From contig CAJFCJ010000076.1 in the NCBI GenBank assembly GCA_904063045.1, positions 67,858 to 131,857 of the forward strand: a stretch of DNA of 64,000 bases, in the 5' to 3' direction. Below are positions 53,011 to 64,000 of this stretch, one piece after another; the stretch's first letter is position 1, and every line of letters starts with the position of its first letter. The stretch comes from Dimorphilus gyrociliatus. Taxonomy: Eukaryota > Animalia > Annelida. The notes under the pieces were generated by a model that worked only from the letters and a program-made list of their open reading frames with translations, searched no databases and had not been told where the DNA came from. Position numbers and translations under genes: made by a program.

Positions 53011-53326
53011 GTCTGTGCATTTTTTCAAAGAAAATTTTTTAATTGTGATTTTTGTGTTTTTGTGTTTCATGTTTCTACCTGGACTATTACCACTACGTAT
53101 GGACCAGTGCTTGGAGAATACATTTGTTAACTACAACTTCTTTAAGGTTATGTACTAATGTAATTAGGTTGTAACTTAAATAAATTTAAGTTTAGGATTT
53201 AAATTGTAAATGGTAAAAAAAAAGTAGGAAACTTAAGTTTAGGTTAGGGATCAGTAATTTAAAGGTAAATTAAAGTGTAACTTGTATATTTAAAGTAAAA
53301 TCTTCTTTTAATAAGTAGGGTTTCTT

Positions 53327-54176
53327 GCATTTTGAGTTGTAATCTTTTTTTGAGGTAACCACTCCTAATGCTAATTTTTTAAGAGTTCCTTAGGATAGGA
53401 TTTGTAGGATTTCCTGCATTGTTGAGTCCTAATCTTTTTTTGAGGTGAGTACTCTCAATGCAATTTCTTTTGGTTTTAGGTTAGGTTAGGCTGTGTAAGG
53501 TTTTCTGGCATTTTTGAGTTTTAATGCAAATTTTTTTCAATTTCTTTTAAATTAGGCTATATAAGGTTGTTAGCAAACTGGGTTTTAATCCTTTTTTGGG
53601 GAGACTACTCTTTTTGCAATGTTTTTCTGGTATATTAGGCTTTGGTATTTAGGCTGATTTATAAATTTTAAGATAGGTTTAAAGGTTAAAAAATATTTGA
53701 GGTTTAGGTATGACAACATGAATTTTGATCCTGTATGGGAAAACTATTCCATGTTGATGAAAGGGTTTTTTATTTAAAACAAATTAATTTTAAGTTTAGG
53801 TATTACAAAAAAAATTGTATTGTAAGGTTGGTGCAAACTGGGTTGTAATCTTGTTCTGAGGTAACTACTCTGATTGCAAATTTTTCTGGTTTTTAGGTTT
53901 TGGTATTAGAACTTAAATTAAAATTAAAAGAATAGGGTTAGGTTAGGTTTAATTTTGGCTTTGTAATTTAATTTTAACTTAGGAGTTAAAGTAACTAGGT
54001 TTTTTAAATATTTTTAAATATTATTAAGTTTAGAAATTATTTTAAAGTGTTCTTGCAAGTGGGGTCTTAATCTTTTTTTGAGATGATTACTCTAATTGCA
54101 CTATTTTTCTAGGTATTTAACTTAAAATACAGCAACAGGGATTTTAATCTTGTATGAGGAGACTATTCTATGTTGC
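53327..54176 (+). ncRNA. Putative polycistronic miRNA-like hairpin cluster (7 related hairpins)
   Basis: Hairpins at 53327-53371, 53415-53462, 53573-53618, 53714-53756, 53832-53878, 54054-54100 and 54132-54176. Stems of ~21 bp with G:U pairs and compensatory changes between copies. Confidence 0.55.
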
Positions 54177-54734
54177 AAAAAATTAAAATTAAGAACTGTT
54201 AGGACTGCAGGTTGTGTAATATTTTATATAGATTATATTTTTTTTCAAAATGAGGAGTTGTAGTTGATAAATAAACTTGTTATGCTAAGTATCTTTTGGA
54301 AAAAAAAATCTCCGAAAAAAAGGTCAAGTATTTTTGTTAAATGTTGATGTAAAGGAAAATATTCAACTTAATTTTATTTTTCATAAATGGAAGCTATATT
54401 GGAATTTGAAAGAGAAGACTGCTGGATGGACTGAAAAGAAATTTGTACCTTTGGACTTGGCTATCTACAAGAATTATCCTTCTCTTCCACTATGCTTAAG
54501 AAATATCTTCAAAGAAAATGTCATGTGATATGTTTTGTAAAATTTTTTTGTTTATACTATGTTTTACTTGAAACAAATCTATCTGTGTGACTTAAAAATA
54601 TCAATGTGCCAATAAAAAAGTGAACTTACTTGTTGTGCTAAAAAATTAAAAAATAAATGTACATTTTGTTTTTTTGAATTTGAAAAAAATATATATGAAT
54701 TGTGATAAAAAACAAATATCTCTTCAAAAGATGT

Positions 54735-55170
54735 AAAAGTTTAAAAACTAAAAATAATGTTTTTCTATGGTTTTAAAATTATACAAAACTTTAATGCCAA
54801 ATGTCTCAAAAATGATAAAAGATAATTAAATTCTGTAAACAGATTTAGGATTGGCAGGTGTAAATTAGTCTATATACAAAATTTCAAAACCCTATCTTAA
54901 TTAATAACAAAGTTAATTTTTGCATGACGAATGTTTTGTATTGGCTTATATGCCACAATATTGACCAAACTTTACGGCGTCATAACTCATGAACCATAAG
55001 AGATAATTGAATTCTGTAAAAAGATTTGACATCAGTGTAATGAAATTGAGCTATATATGAAATTTCAAATTCCTACAATTATTAACAACCAATTTAGTTT
55101 TTACATGACCAATATTTTTTATATAGGCTTGTATACCAAAATATCAAACTTTACGGTGCCATAACTGAAC
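54735..55170 (+). repeat. ~180-bp diverged tandem repeat (about 2.5 units) followed by (GA)n
   Basis: AAACTTTA...CATAACT units start at ~54786, 54967 and 55146; a related segment lies at ~49715-49775. Confidence 0.7.
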
Positions 55171-56384
55171 TGCGAGAGAGAGAGAGAGGAAGAGATAAAG
55201 GGGAAGATTGTGGTTAAAAGCTTTTAACTGAACCTATCTTAAAGTTCTTTTTAGCTTTTTGTTGAACATCATAAGATAGATTACAATCTGAAAGTTTAAT
55301 AAAGTCTTTTGGACTATTTTTAGGTCAATTACCAAAGAATTTCAAACTATTTCTCATCAGTTTGTTTTTTTGCCATTTTTTTTCATCTAAATTAGTACTG
55401 TACAGAGGCGCAACCAATTTGGCTCTGTTAAGAACTGTACTAATTATTTTAGAGTCAGAAAATTGTATATAAAAAATGTTTAAATCTGAAAAATAAAACA
55501 AATTAGTCTCACGATCAAATATGAATATTCAACTGGCTTGAATTCATTTTTGCTTTTTCTGTTGTTTTTTCTTAAAATCGAAATATTTTGATTTAAAAAT
55601 GGATTGTATGGTTGTGAAAATTTTTTTCTGTAGGATAAATGATTTGTGAAACATCATGCAAAATTTCAGATAAATATCTATATTTTTAGAATCAGTTTTG
55701 AACCCTGTTCATTTTACCTTGTTGAAAATACCTATAGCCAGATCTATTTGTAATAATCTAATAAAGAAATACAAAGTAAATAAACTTGTTTATTACTTAA
55801 AGATGGTGTTGGCTCTAGCTTATCTTTTATGCTTTATACAGAGTGCACTACACAGATATGAAATTCAACCAGACGAAATCTATAATCTTGATCCTCAAAG
55901 TCCTTTTAAAGTATCCTTTGATGTAGCCGAATACATATCAGATGTTGATGGTATGGGTGTACTAAGTTTTTTTGAAGCAATTAGAGCTTGTAAATTAAGT
56001 TGTAAACTTAAATTTTATCAAGCTTCCTTGAGTGAATTATATGGAAAAGTTAGAGAAATTCCACAAAACGAGTATCTTGAATAGTCTATTAAGTGAGTAG
56101 TTTTAATCTAAAAGCTAGCTTTCTTATAAAGATTTATGAAAGAAAATCCTGCAGCTTAGAGTCTCCTTCAGCATATCCTTCTATATTAATTGATTTATTT
56201 CAGAATATTTCAAAATCAATTTTACAATTATATGAAATATCTCTTCAGAATCTTTCATTTGAAAATGGAGAGCTCAATGAACAAAGGGCAAACTTTTGCA
56301 ATAATCAAAAACAATTAAAAATTGATCTGTAAATTATTAGAATAAAAGAAAGAAAGAAAACTACTCCATTATCAGAAAATATCA

Positions 56385-57542
56385 ATGTTTAAAGTTTTAA
56401 AACAATTTGAATCTGTTGAACTGTCACACATATGGCAAGTCAAACCTTCAACGATTGGCACAATTTACTTTAATTCACCCGACGATAGCGTTGCAGGTGT
56501 ACAAAATAGGTTTGAAAACAATTCTTTTTTTCAATGAAATACACGGGATAATCTACATTTTTCATTCTCCATTATACAGAGTTGGAGTTTTTTTCTTCTT
56601 AGCTATGAATCAAGCGTTTATTAATTTATCGGCGCTAGAACTTTTTATTAGGGAACGCGTTATTTTTAAGTAAGTATTAGAATTACTAAAATCCTGTTAT
56701 CTTATCATATACTCTTCGTACTCTTCAGACACGAAAACGTTAGCGGCTTCTATAGATGTTCGACTTATTATTGTTTGAAAATTATCTGCGATTTACTGCC
56801 AATAAGAGCTTTGCCGTTGATTGTTTTCAGTGTCATAGTATATTGGATGCTTGGTAAGAATCTGAGAAGCAGCTGTTTTGGATTCTGACTTTACTTTTTA
56901 TTTTTTGCATAGATTTATCTTCTGATGCTGGAAAATTCTTTTTCTTCTTACTTACCCTCTATTGTACTACTATTACCGCTTGCGCCATCTGCTTTGCATT
57001 CAGTGCAACGTTTGAAACTTTTGCTATTGCGAATATTGCAACTGCAATGTCCTTTGTCATAATGATGGTATGATAAACACTGTTTCCATTATATCTGTCT
57101 CATTTCTTGTTTTAATGTTTATAGTTATTCAGTGGAATGCTTGTAAAGTTGGATTCTATTGGTAATTGGCTGGAATGGGTTAAATATCTATCGCTGATGA
57201 GATATTGTCTAGCGGTTTGTTAGCTTTATTTTATTTATTGTCAAAATTTTCATGATCTATTATGTTTACAGGCCTTGATTATTAACGAATTTAAAGGATT
57301 GGAATTGCAGAAGAATGGCACTAGTGAAAAGTAATAGATAAAATTTAATTAAAATGTTGTATTTAATTACCATAACCTTTCAACTTTAGGGCCTTAGCAG
57401 AGAGATTTACCTACAAGAGCAAAAGATTGACTATGAAACGGATTGGGATAAATGGGTCAATATCCTAGCTTTATGCCTAGTGGCCACTGGATACTTTATT
57501 ATTGGTTATATCCAATTGAGAAGAATGAAGAAATTGAAATAA
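56385..57542 (+). CDS. ABCG: ABCG (ABCG2/White-type) transmembrane-domain-only gene fragment
   Basis: Spliced exons IGTIYF..GVQNR|VGVFFFLAMNQAF..LELFIRERVIF|HENVSGFYR..KIICDLLPIR|...|LFSGMLV..W.EWVKYLS..RY|ALIINEF|...LRRMKKLK*. No Walker A/B or signature motif upstream. Confidence 0.85.
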
Positions 57543-57599
57543 CTGAAACATTAGACATTGTATTTGCTTGAAACTATAATTAGACTAGTGTACAATATT

Positions 57600-58720
57600 C
57601 GAATTTACCATCAGAACACTTGTATACAACGTATTTAATATATATGTCATATGTATAATAATATGTAAAGCCTATCATCTGGTTTGAAGTGTATACTTTG
57701 ACAAACAATACATGAATCAGGAAAACATTCCATTACAGTTTCTGTAACATTTTCACCCTGTCCTACATTGAGGACAGAATCTGTTGAAACAAAATAATCA
57801 TCATTTAAAGATACATGTTTCCAGATAGCCTTGCCATAAACTCCATTATTTTGTCCAACATAATTTATATCCATTTCTTGGAGAAAAGCTATTTTCAAGA
57901 AAATATTTCTTCCACAATCCCTTCAAGTTCCCACTTGGATGTACTGTTTTTATTAGCACAACTTACAATGTCTTTCCTCTGGCTGGAGAGCATTTGAGAA
58001 TTACAACAGGACAAAACATCCGCTGAGGGTAAAGTTTAGGGCTCGGTTTGGGGTATTTTTATGATTTGGAAAAGGTCTACTTGTCAACATTATATCTTGG
58101 AGATTGATTTCTTTATACTCTAAAAAAGAGGGTACTGCTTTAAGAGAAAAGATAAAACTTTAGATTCTCCTCAACCTGTTTCACTGTGAAATGTTCCATC
58201 AATATCAATATCACATAATTCCAAAGGTGATCCATTAATTGTTTTTGTTATAGTTAGAAAAGAACCAATAACATTTTTTTCTCTGCAGTCAAAGCATTGG
58301 TAGTTTGAAAATGAGTTGGATACAGGATTTTTTATTGGACCTTCCACATAATTACAAAATGAATTGTCCTCTTGTAAGAAGTTTTCCACAGTGATATTAA
58401 ACTTTTCCAGAAAATTTTTTTAAATGGGTTAAAACTCTAAAACACTTAAAATTTCAATCTTTTCAATATAATAGTAAAACTAACCAGCCTTTCCACTTAA
58501 AAGACATACTTTGCCAATGTTGTAATTATTATCCAAATCAACTGCAAACCAAGAGAAACCTTCTAGGTCAGACTCAGTTTTTGAGCAACCATAATTATTC
58601 TTTTTCAAAGATTATCATCTAGTTTAAGAGGATCATTAAGCTAAAATTATAAGAATATTCTTACCCCTGTTGCTGAATTATCAATAGAAATTTCTGAATC
58701 AGTTGCATACAATGGCTGAG
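57600..58720 (-). pseudogene. Fucolectin/F5-8 (FTP) plus PAN mosaic gene, probably decayed
   Basis: GCSKT..FSWFAVDLDNNYNIGKV|...C..VIGSFLTI..LELCDIDIDG (FTP-like) and TVMECF..SCIVCQSIHF (PAN-like); stops present. Confidence 0.55.
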
Positions 58721-59279
58721 AACAAAGTTTTGTTTAACTAAATTGAGTTCTTAAAAACAATGGAAAATGATATACCAGACTGTGAATATGTTATTATTCT
58801 TATTATTTTTGTTCATAATCTCTAATCCTTAATCCTCCATTATCTAAGGCAATTGGACAAAAATAATATATGGACAAGAAAAAGGTACAAAATCAACATT
58901 GTACCATAATTATGGAGTTTGTTTCTATCTATTTGAATTGGAAAAGAATAAATTCACTATAAATGAGATTATTAATTAATGTACAGAGAAAAATTTGAAT
59001 ATTTTAGATTTGGCTTTCAATGATGTACATCTCATATTTTATAAGTATTTAATGTCTTATACAAGCCATTCTTTTGAATATTCATTTCCAAGTGGTAAAT
59101 ATAACTATCTAAATAAATAGCACATATATTATTATATTCTATATAGCCAGTGGTTATGTCAACATTTCTAGTGTAGAGTATACTTGTTCTTCAGTTTCTT
59201 CACTTTATCCTGTACAATACATGAGACAAATGTACAAATTTGGAACAACAGGTGTTGAAGACAAATGTAAATATTTCTA

Positions 59280-59640
59280 TAAGAATATTTAAAATATTTC
59301 CATTCAACCTAAAAACATCAACTGCTTTTCAACAATATTGGATTTGGTTATGTAAACTTCAACTATTGTGAAGCACGTCTAAAATCTTCAAATACATTGA
59401 AACATCTTTATTTGCAGTCATCTACTTTGAATAAAAAACAAAGTGAAAATCTGAGAAAACTTCTTACAAAATTGTTCACATATAGAAACTTTAAATATAT
59501 CTAAAAGTTTTGGAATTGGTATGGGAAACTTCAACTTTTGTGAAACACTTCAAAATTCTTCAAATACTTTAAAGCACCTTGACCTACAATCATGTAATTT
59601 GAATGAAGAACAAAGTAAAAATTCAGGATTTAAAAAGGAA
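59280..59640 (+). pseudogene. RI-like LRR remnant
   Basis: SSNTLKHL.LQSCNLNEEQ motifs like those in 60161-62554, frameshifted. Confidence 0.6.
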
Positions 59641-60160
59641 AATCTATTATCTTGAAAAATGAGTCTGACACTACTCATCACATTCTTAGTTGGATGGTAA
59701 AAATAAAAAAAAGCACTGCAAAGAAATACATCAACATGTGAAGGGAAGAGAGCAGAGGGGAGAATCTACAAATCTACAATCTACTTGTATAGAAATTTGA
59801 CATTTGCCAAAACCAACCTACCACTTGACAAAAGACTTTCCATTTCAAAGTGTCTAACTCCAATTTTAACCCTAACCCTAGTCAGAGTGTGATCAGATTA
59901 TAATTTTCCTAACCCTACCTGATCTCGAGTTGTTGACCTGTCTTTCTCTCAAAAATACTGAATATTTTTGAAATCTTAGAATAGATTTATAAAATTTCAT
60001 AAAACATAATCACAATTTTATTATCAATCAACCTATAAGCATTAAAAAATATTCAAATTTTTCATTTTTTTGGTTTTAAATTAAACCTAAGATTATGAGT
60101 TTTTTTAAAAATCAAATTTAAGAATAAGAATGTTTATAATATTCCAAAACAAACAACTTT

Positions 60161-62554
60161 TTAAAAAACTTGTTTTTTTAATTTCATCAAATTTTCTATA
60201 TTTTCAATTTCTTCTTCACTCAAGTTACATAGGCTTATATTAATATATTGTAATGTATTTACTGCTATTAAAAGCCCTTCAGCAATATTCTTAAATCCAT
60301 TTCCAATATTTCTATTCCATTTTAGATCAATTGTTTCTATTTTATTGCAAATTTCTAATAAATTTCCGATATCATTAGCTTGATTTTTATCTAATTCACA
60401 AAATTCAAAACTGATATGTTTCAATGTGTTTGATGATTGTTGAAGACCATTACAAATATTCTTTACACCAGTTTTCATATTTGAATTATAGCCCAAATTT
60501 ATTTTTTCAATTTTTGAACATTTTTCCAAAAGTTTTCCAATTGAAAAACATTGTTGTTTACTAAAATTGCATGAGTTAAGATTAATACTTTTCAATGCCT
60601 TAACTGAAGGTAAAAGTCCATTACAAATATGTTCTACAGCATCTGATATATTTCTATTCTCTTTTAAGTTAATTGTTTCTATCTTGGAACAATTTTTTAA
60701 AAGCTCTCCCAAGTTTATACAACTTTCTTTGTCAATTTGGCAACATTCCAAATTAATATGTTTCAAGCTATTTGATGATTTAACAAGTCCTTTACAAACA
60801 TTCTGAAATCCATGTTCCATTTTTGAGTTACTTTTAAAATTAACTGCTTCTATTAAAGAACAATATTTAAATAGGTTTCCTATATAATTACATTGTTCTT
60901 CATTTAGATTACATTGCTCAAAATTAATAATCTTTAAACTATTGATGGATCTTTGAAGCCCATGACAAATGCTTTTTATTCCATTATCTCCCAATTCAAA
61001 ATTACCTTTTAAATTGACATTTTCTATGTTTGAACTTTTACTAAACAGGTGACCTATCCAATAACATTTTTTAGCATTTAGATTACAGTTCTCAAAGTTA
61101 ATTTCTTTCAAGTTAGTTGCCGATTCTATAAGCCCCTGACAAAAATTTATTATGCCATTTTTCATATTTAAATTGAATCCTAAATCAATCCTTTCTAGTT
61201 TGGAATAATATTTCATTATATTTCCAATCTTTTTAAACTGGTTTTCATCTAAATTACATTGATTCAGATAAATATTCTTTAATGTGGATTGTGAATAAAA
61301 TAGTCCAATACAGAACCTTTCTAAGCCATTTCCCATTCTTTTATTCCAATCTAGATTGATTGATTCGATTACGAAGCAATTTTTAACCAAATTCCCAACA
61401 TTTATGCATTGATCTTCATCTAGATCACATAGTCTAAAATTAATGTGCTTCAAAGAATTTAATGAATTTAAAAGTCCTGTACAAATATCTGCTAATCCAT
61501 TTCCCATTTTGTAATTTCCTTCCAGCCTTATTGTTTCAATTTTGGAACACTTTTTAAGTAGGTCACCTATCCAAGTACATTGTTCTTCATTTAAATTACA
61601 CCATGCTAGGTTGAAATTTTTTAATGAATTTTTTGATTGGGTAAGTCCATTACAAATGCTACTTAATCCATTTCCCATTTTGGAATTCCATCCAAGATTA
61701 ACATTTTCAATATTGTTAGAGATTTGAAATAGGATACCTATCCTTATACATTCATGCTCTCCTAAGTTACATTGGCTTAGATTAATTTTTATCAAATGTC
61801 CATTTGTTGATTGTATTTCTTTGTTAATAATTTCTATTTGTTTATCTTGAATGCAATTGCGTGACAAATCAATCATTTTGAATGCCTTACCATTATCTTC
61901 CTTTTGGTTTAAGAAAGAATTCTGAATTTCAAAATCAATTAGGATTTCATCAGAAATTTGTATATCTAAATTATTAATGTTTCGCTCCAATTGATACAGT
62001 TCATCAGTATTAGTTTTACTTAACATTTCATTGAAATATTCTTCTCTCTTTCTAATCACGTGTTCAACCCTTTTTTGGATAATTTCAAATTGTTTGTAAA
62101 AGTTACCAAGAGCTTTTAATTCAGCTTGCTCAATTTTACGCATAATAATTTTGTTATGTCTTTTCTCTTGAGCAAGACAATTCTGAATTCTTTCCTTTGC
62201 CTCTTTAAGAGTTTCATTTGACATAACTGAGCAACTTTTATGACTTTCCTCCCAACATAAAACACATATACTTCCATGCTCTTTGCAGTATAAACATAAT
62301 TCTCTTTCATGCTTTTTACACAAATGTGTATTCACCGATTGTGTTTCTGATAATTTTTCAAACTTATACTTTCTTAGCCAAGCAATGCCTCCTTTTGGCA
62401 ATTTGTGATTTTTTTTGCATTGAGGACAAATGATGTAGTTATTCTGTGATCCCAATTTTCTTAGACAGTTATAGCAAAATATATGTCCACAAAACAGTTC
62501 TCTTAAATCACTGAAAACCCATAATTTTAAGCAAAGTGTACATTTTGGGTTCAT
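60161..62554 (-). CDS. Intronless TRIM-like protein: RING, B-box, coiled coil and ~19 RI-type LRRs
   Basis: 797-aa ORF with C3HC4 RING (CTLC..CGH.FC..C..CPQC), B-box (CKKH..C..C..LC..SH), a helical region, and alternating LKxINLxxCNL (10) / IExINLxxN (9) repeats. Confidence 0.9.
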   Translation of the reverse strand: MNPKCTLCLKLWVFSDLRELFCGHIFCYNCLRKLGSQNNYIICPQCKKNHKLPKGGIAWLRKYKFEKLSETQSVNTHLCKKHERELCLYCKEHGSICVLCWEESHKSCSVMSNETLKEAKERIQNCLAQEKRHNKIIMRKIEQAELKALGNFYKQFEIIQKRVEHVIRKREEYFNEMLSKTNTDELYQLERNINNLDIQISDEILIDFEIQNSFLNQKEDNGKAFKMIDLSRNCIQDKQIEIINKEIQSTNGHLIKINLSQCNLGEHECIRIGILFQISNNIENVNLGWNSKMGNGLSSICNGLTQSKNSLKNFNLAWCNLNEEQCTWIGDLLKKCSKIETIRLEGNYKMGNGLADICTGLLNSLNSLKHINFRLCDLDEDQCINVGNLVKNCFVIESINLDWNKRMGNGLERFCIGLFYSQSTLKNIYLNQCNLDENQFKKIGNIMKYYSKLERIDLGFNLNMKNGIINFCQGLIESATNLKEINFENCNLNAKKCYWIGHLFSKSSNIENVNLKGNFELGDNGIKSICHGLQRSINSLKIINFEQCNLNEEQCNYIGNLFKYCSLIEAVNFKSNSKMEHGFQNVCKGLVKSSNSLKHINLECCQIDKESCINLGELLKNCSKIETINLKENRNISDAVEHICNGLLPSVKALKSINLNSCNFSKQQCFSIGKLLEKCSKIEKINLGYNSNMKTGVKNICNGLQQSSNTLKHISFEFCELDKNQANDIGNLLEICNKIETIDLKWNRNIGNGFKNIAEGLLIAVNTLQYINISLCNLSEEEIENIENLMKLKKQVF

Positions 62555-64000
62555 AATGTTGAGAAGGTTGATTTTTCCGCGGCTATATTAAAATGTCTGT
62601 CTACTTTCGTTCTCCAATTGTATTTGTTGATTGAGGCTGAATCATATTAACTTTCTTTTTATCCAAATACTGATAGTCTATATTTTCAATATGCTAAAGA
62701 TAAGATAACCAAACTTTCTATTGTTTAGTAGCAGTATGCAATGTTGTATTACAGCCTTAGGTTTTAAAGTTAGGGTTTTACACCCTGGAGTTGTATACTC
62801 TCTTTGCTCTAGTGTGATAGACCTGGATGGAAGAAGTAATTTCTTTGAAAGGAATGCCTGCTTTTGTCAATTAGGCTTAGCGCCTGGTCTGTTCACTCCT
62901 GTTTGGAGACGGGATGAGATAACTCCAAGCAATGGAAAATTGCGTCCATTAAAGGCAAAAATGGATTTTCAGTTGACAACATGGTGTATTGAGGGATTTC
63001 AACTCACGCCTTGTCAAATTTATGGAATCATTATCCGTGAACTGTTTAGCACATTTGATTCTAAATGTTAGCTGTTGCTTTCTATAAATTACTGGTTAAG
63101 AGGTTCAGGCATAAGCCATAGATATTAATTTTTTAAAGCCTATTAACATTAAAATCTTGATGTATTTTAAAATACTCTTTTTCATTACATTGGAAATGTA
63201 AGTCATACTATAAAATGACTTCCTTGGTTTTAAGATTTTTGAAATGATGTATTTCTGCCATGTATTTTCAGTGGGTTTGTTCAAAAGTTCTTACAATTCC
63301 AATAGCAAATATTAAACTTTTTTTTACAGAAAAAACATGTAAAAAAATATTTTGATAAACAGTGGGTGTTCACTTTATATGAAAGTTAACATCAACAAGG
63401 CAAGCATAGGGAGGGAATGAGCTAAAAAAACATTAAATTCAAAACATAACAATAACCTTGGATATTAATTCTTATTTTACAATTGTGTTTAAAAAAAATC
63501 CTTCAACTTAAATATTTATTAATTGATTAAAATAGAATCAAGTAAAATCAATTTTGCTCTAAATTACAAAAATATAATATAGCTAAGTGTATCTTTTATG
63601 ACATGGCTATTGTACTTTGTTGTATTGTAATTGTAGGAATTTCTGGCTCATTATAACTGCAATCATCCTTTTCAATTATTTACCAACTTACCAAAGTACT
63701 GAAACAAACAGAACGTTTAAAGTAATTTAGGTAGAAATTAATCAACACAACCCCAGTATTTCATCCAGAAGTATCTGTATTAATAAGTAAATGAGCTTCT
63801 AGTTGTAAACAAGCTAGTTTAAAGAACTAGCTGACAGTTAGAAAACTGAACCATCAACTGTTAATTTTGTAGTGTTTATATACTCTTTAAAGGGTTGATA
63901 GTTCACAAATTTCAATGTTCACAAAAACAAAAGTAACATTTTAAGACAAAAAAAACTGTAATCAAATTGGAAATTGTATTGAAGAAGCATTTGGATAACA

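Noticed and set aside
53327-54176. CRISPR array interpretation of the interspaced repeats
   Set aside because: The context is eukaryotic, the repeats are divergent, spacer lengths vary 30-175 bp, and there are no cas genes.
62721-63071. 116-aa ORF
   Set aside because: Non-ATG start and no recognisable domain; probably non-coding repeat sequence.

Overview
This is AT-rich animal (not prokaryotic) genomic DNA with very short GT-AG introns, mostly 40-160 bp. The style resembles a compact lophotrochozoan/annelid genome such as Dimorphilus, but that assignment is inference only. The window is a repeat-rich, fast-turnover region of receptor and immune-type genes. It contains: an 11-exon, 1770-aa CxxC-repeat surface protein ending in a Ly6/uPAR-like domain and a GPI signal; two tandem GRL101-like LDLa-LRR-7TM receptors that both end in a spliced, degenerate kinase-like tail; an intronless RING-Bbox-coiled coil-LRR gene plus decayed LRR and NACHT relatives; PAN/F-lectin mosaic genes and pseudogenes; and a TMD-only ABCG fragment. 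These are interleaved with intron-containing PHD-FLYWCH-MULE transposons, their MITEs, and Gypsy and BEL remnants. A non-coding G/T-skewed block at 53.3-54.2 kb holds seven covarying ~47-nt hairpins that look like a polycistronic miRNA cluster. All gene models and alignments were made by eye. No rRNA, tRNA or CRISPR array was seen.
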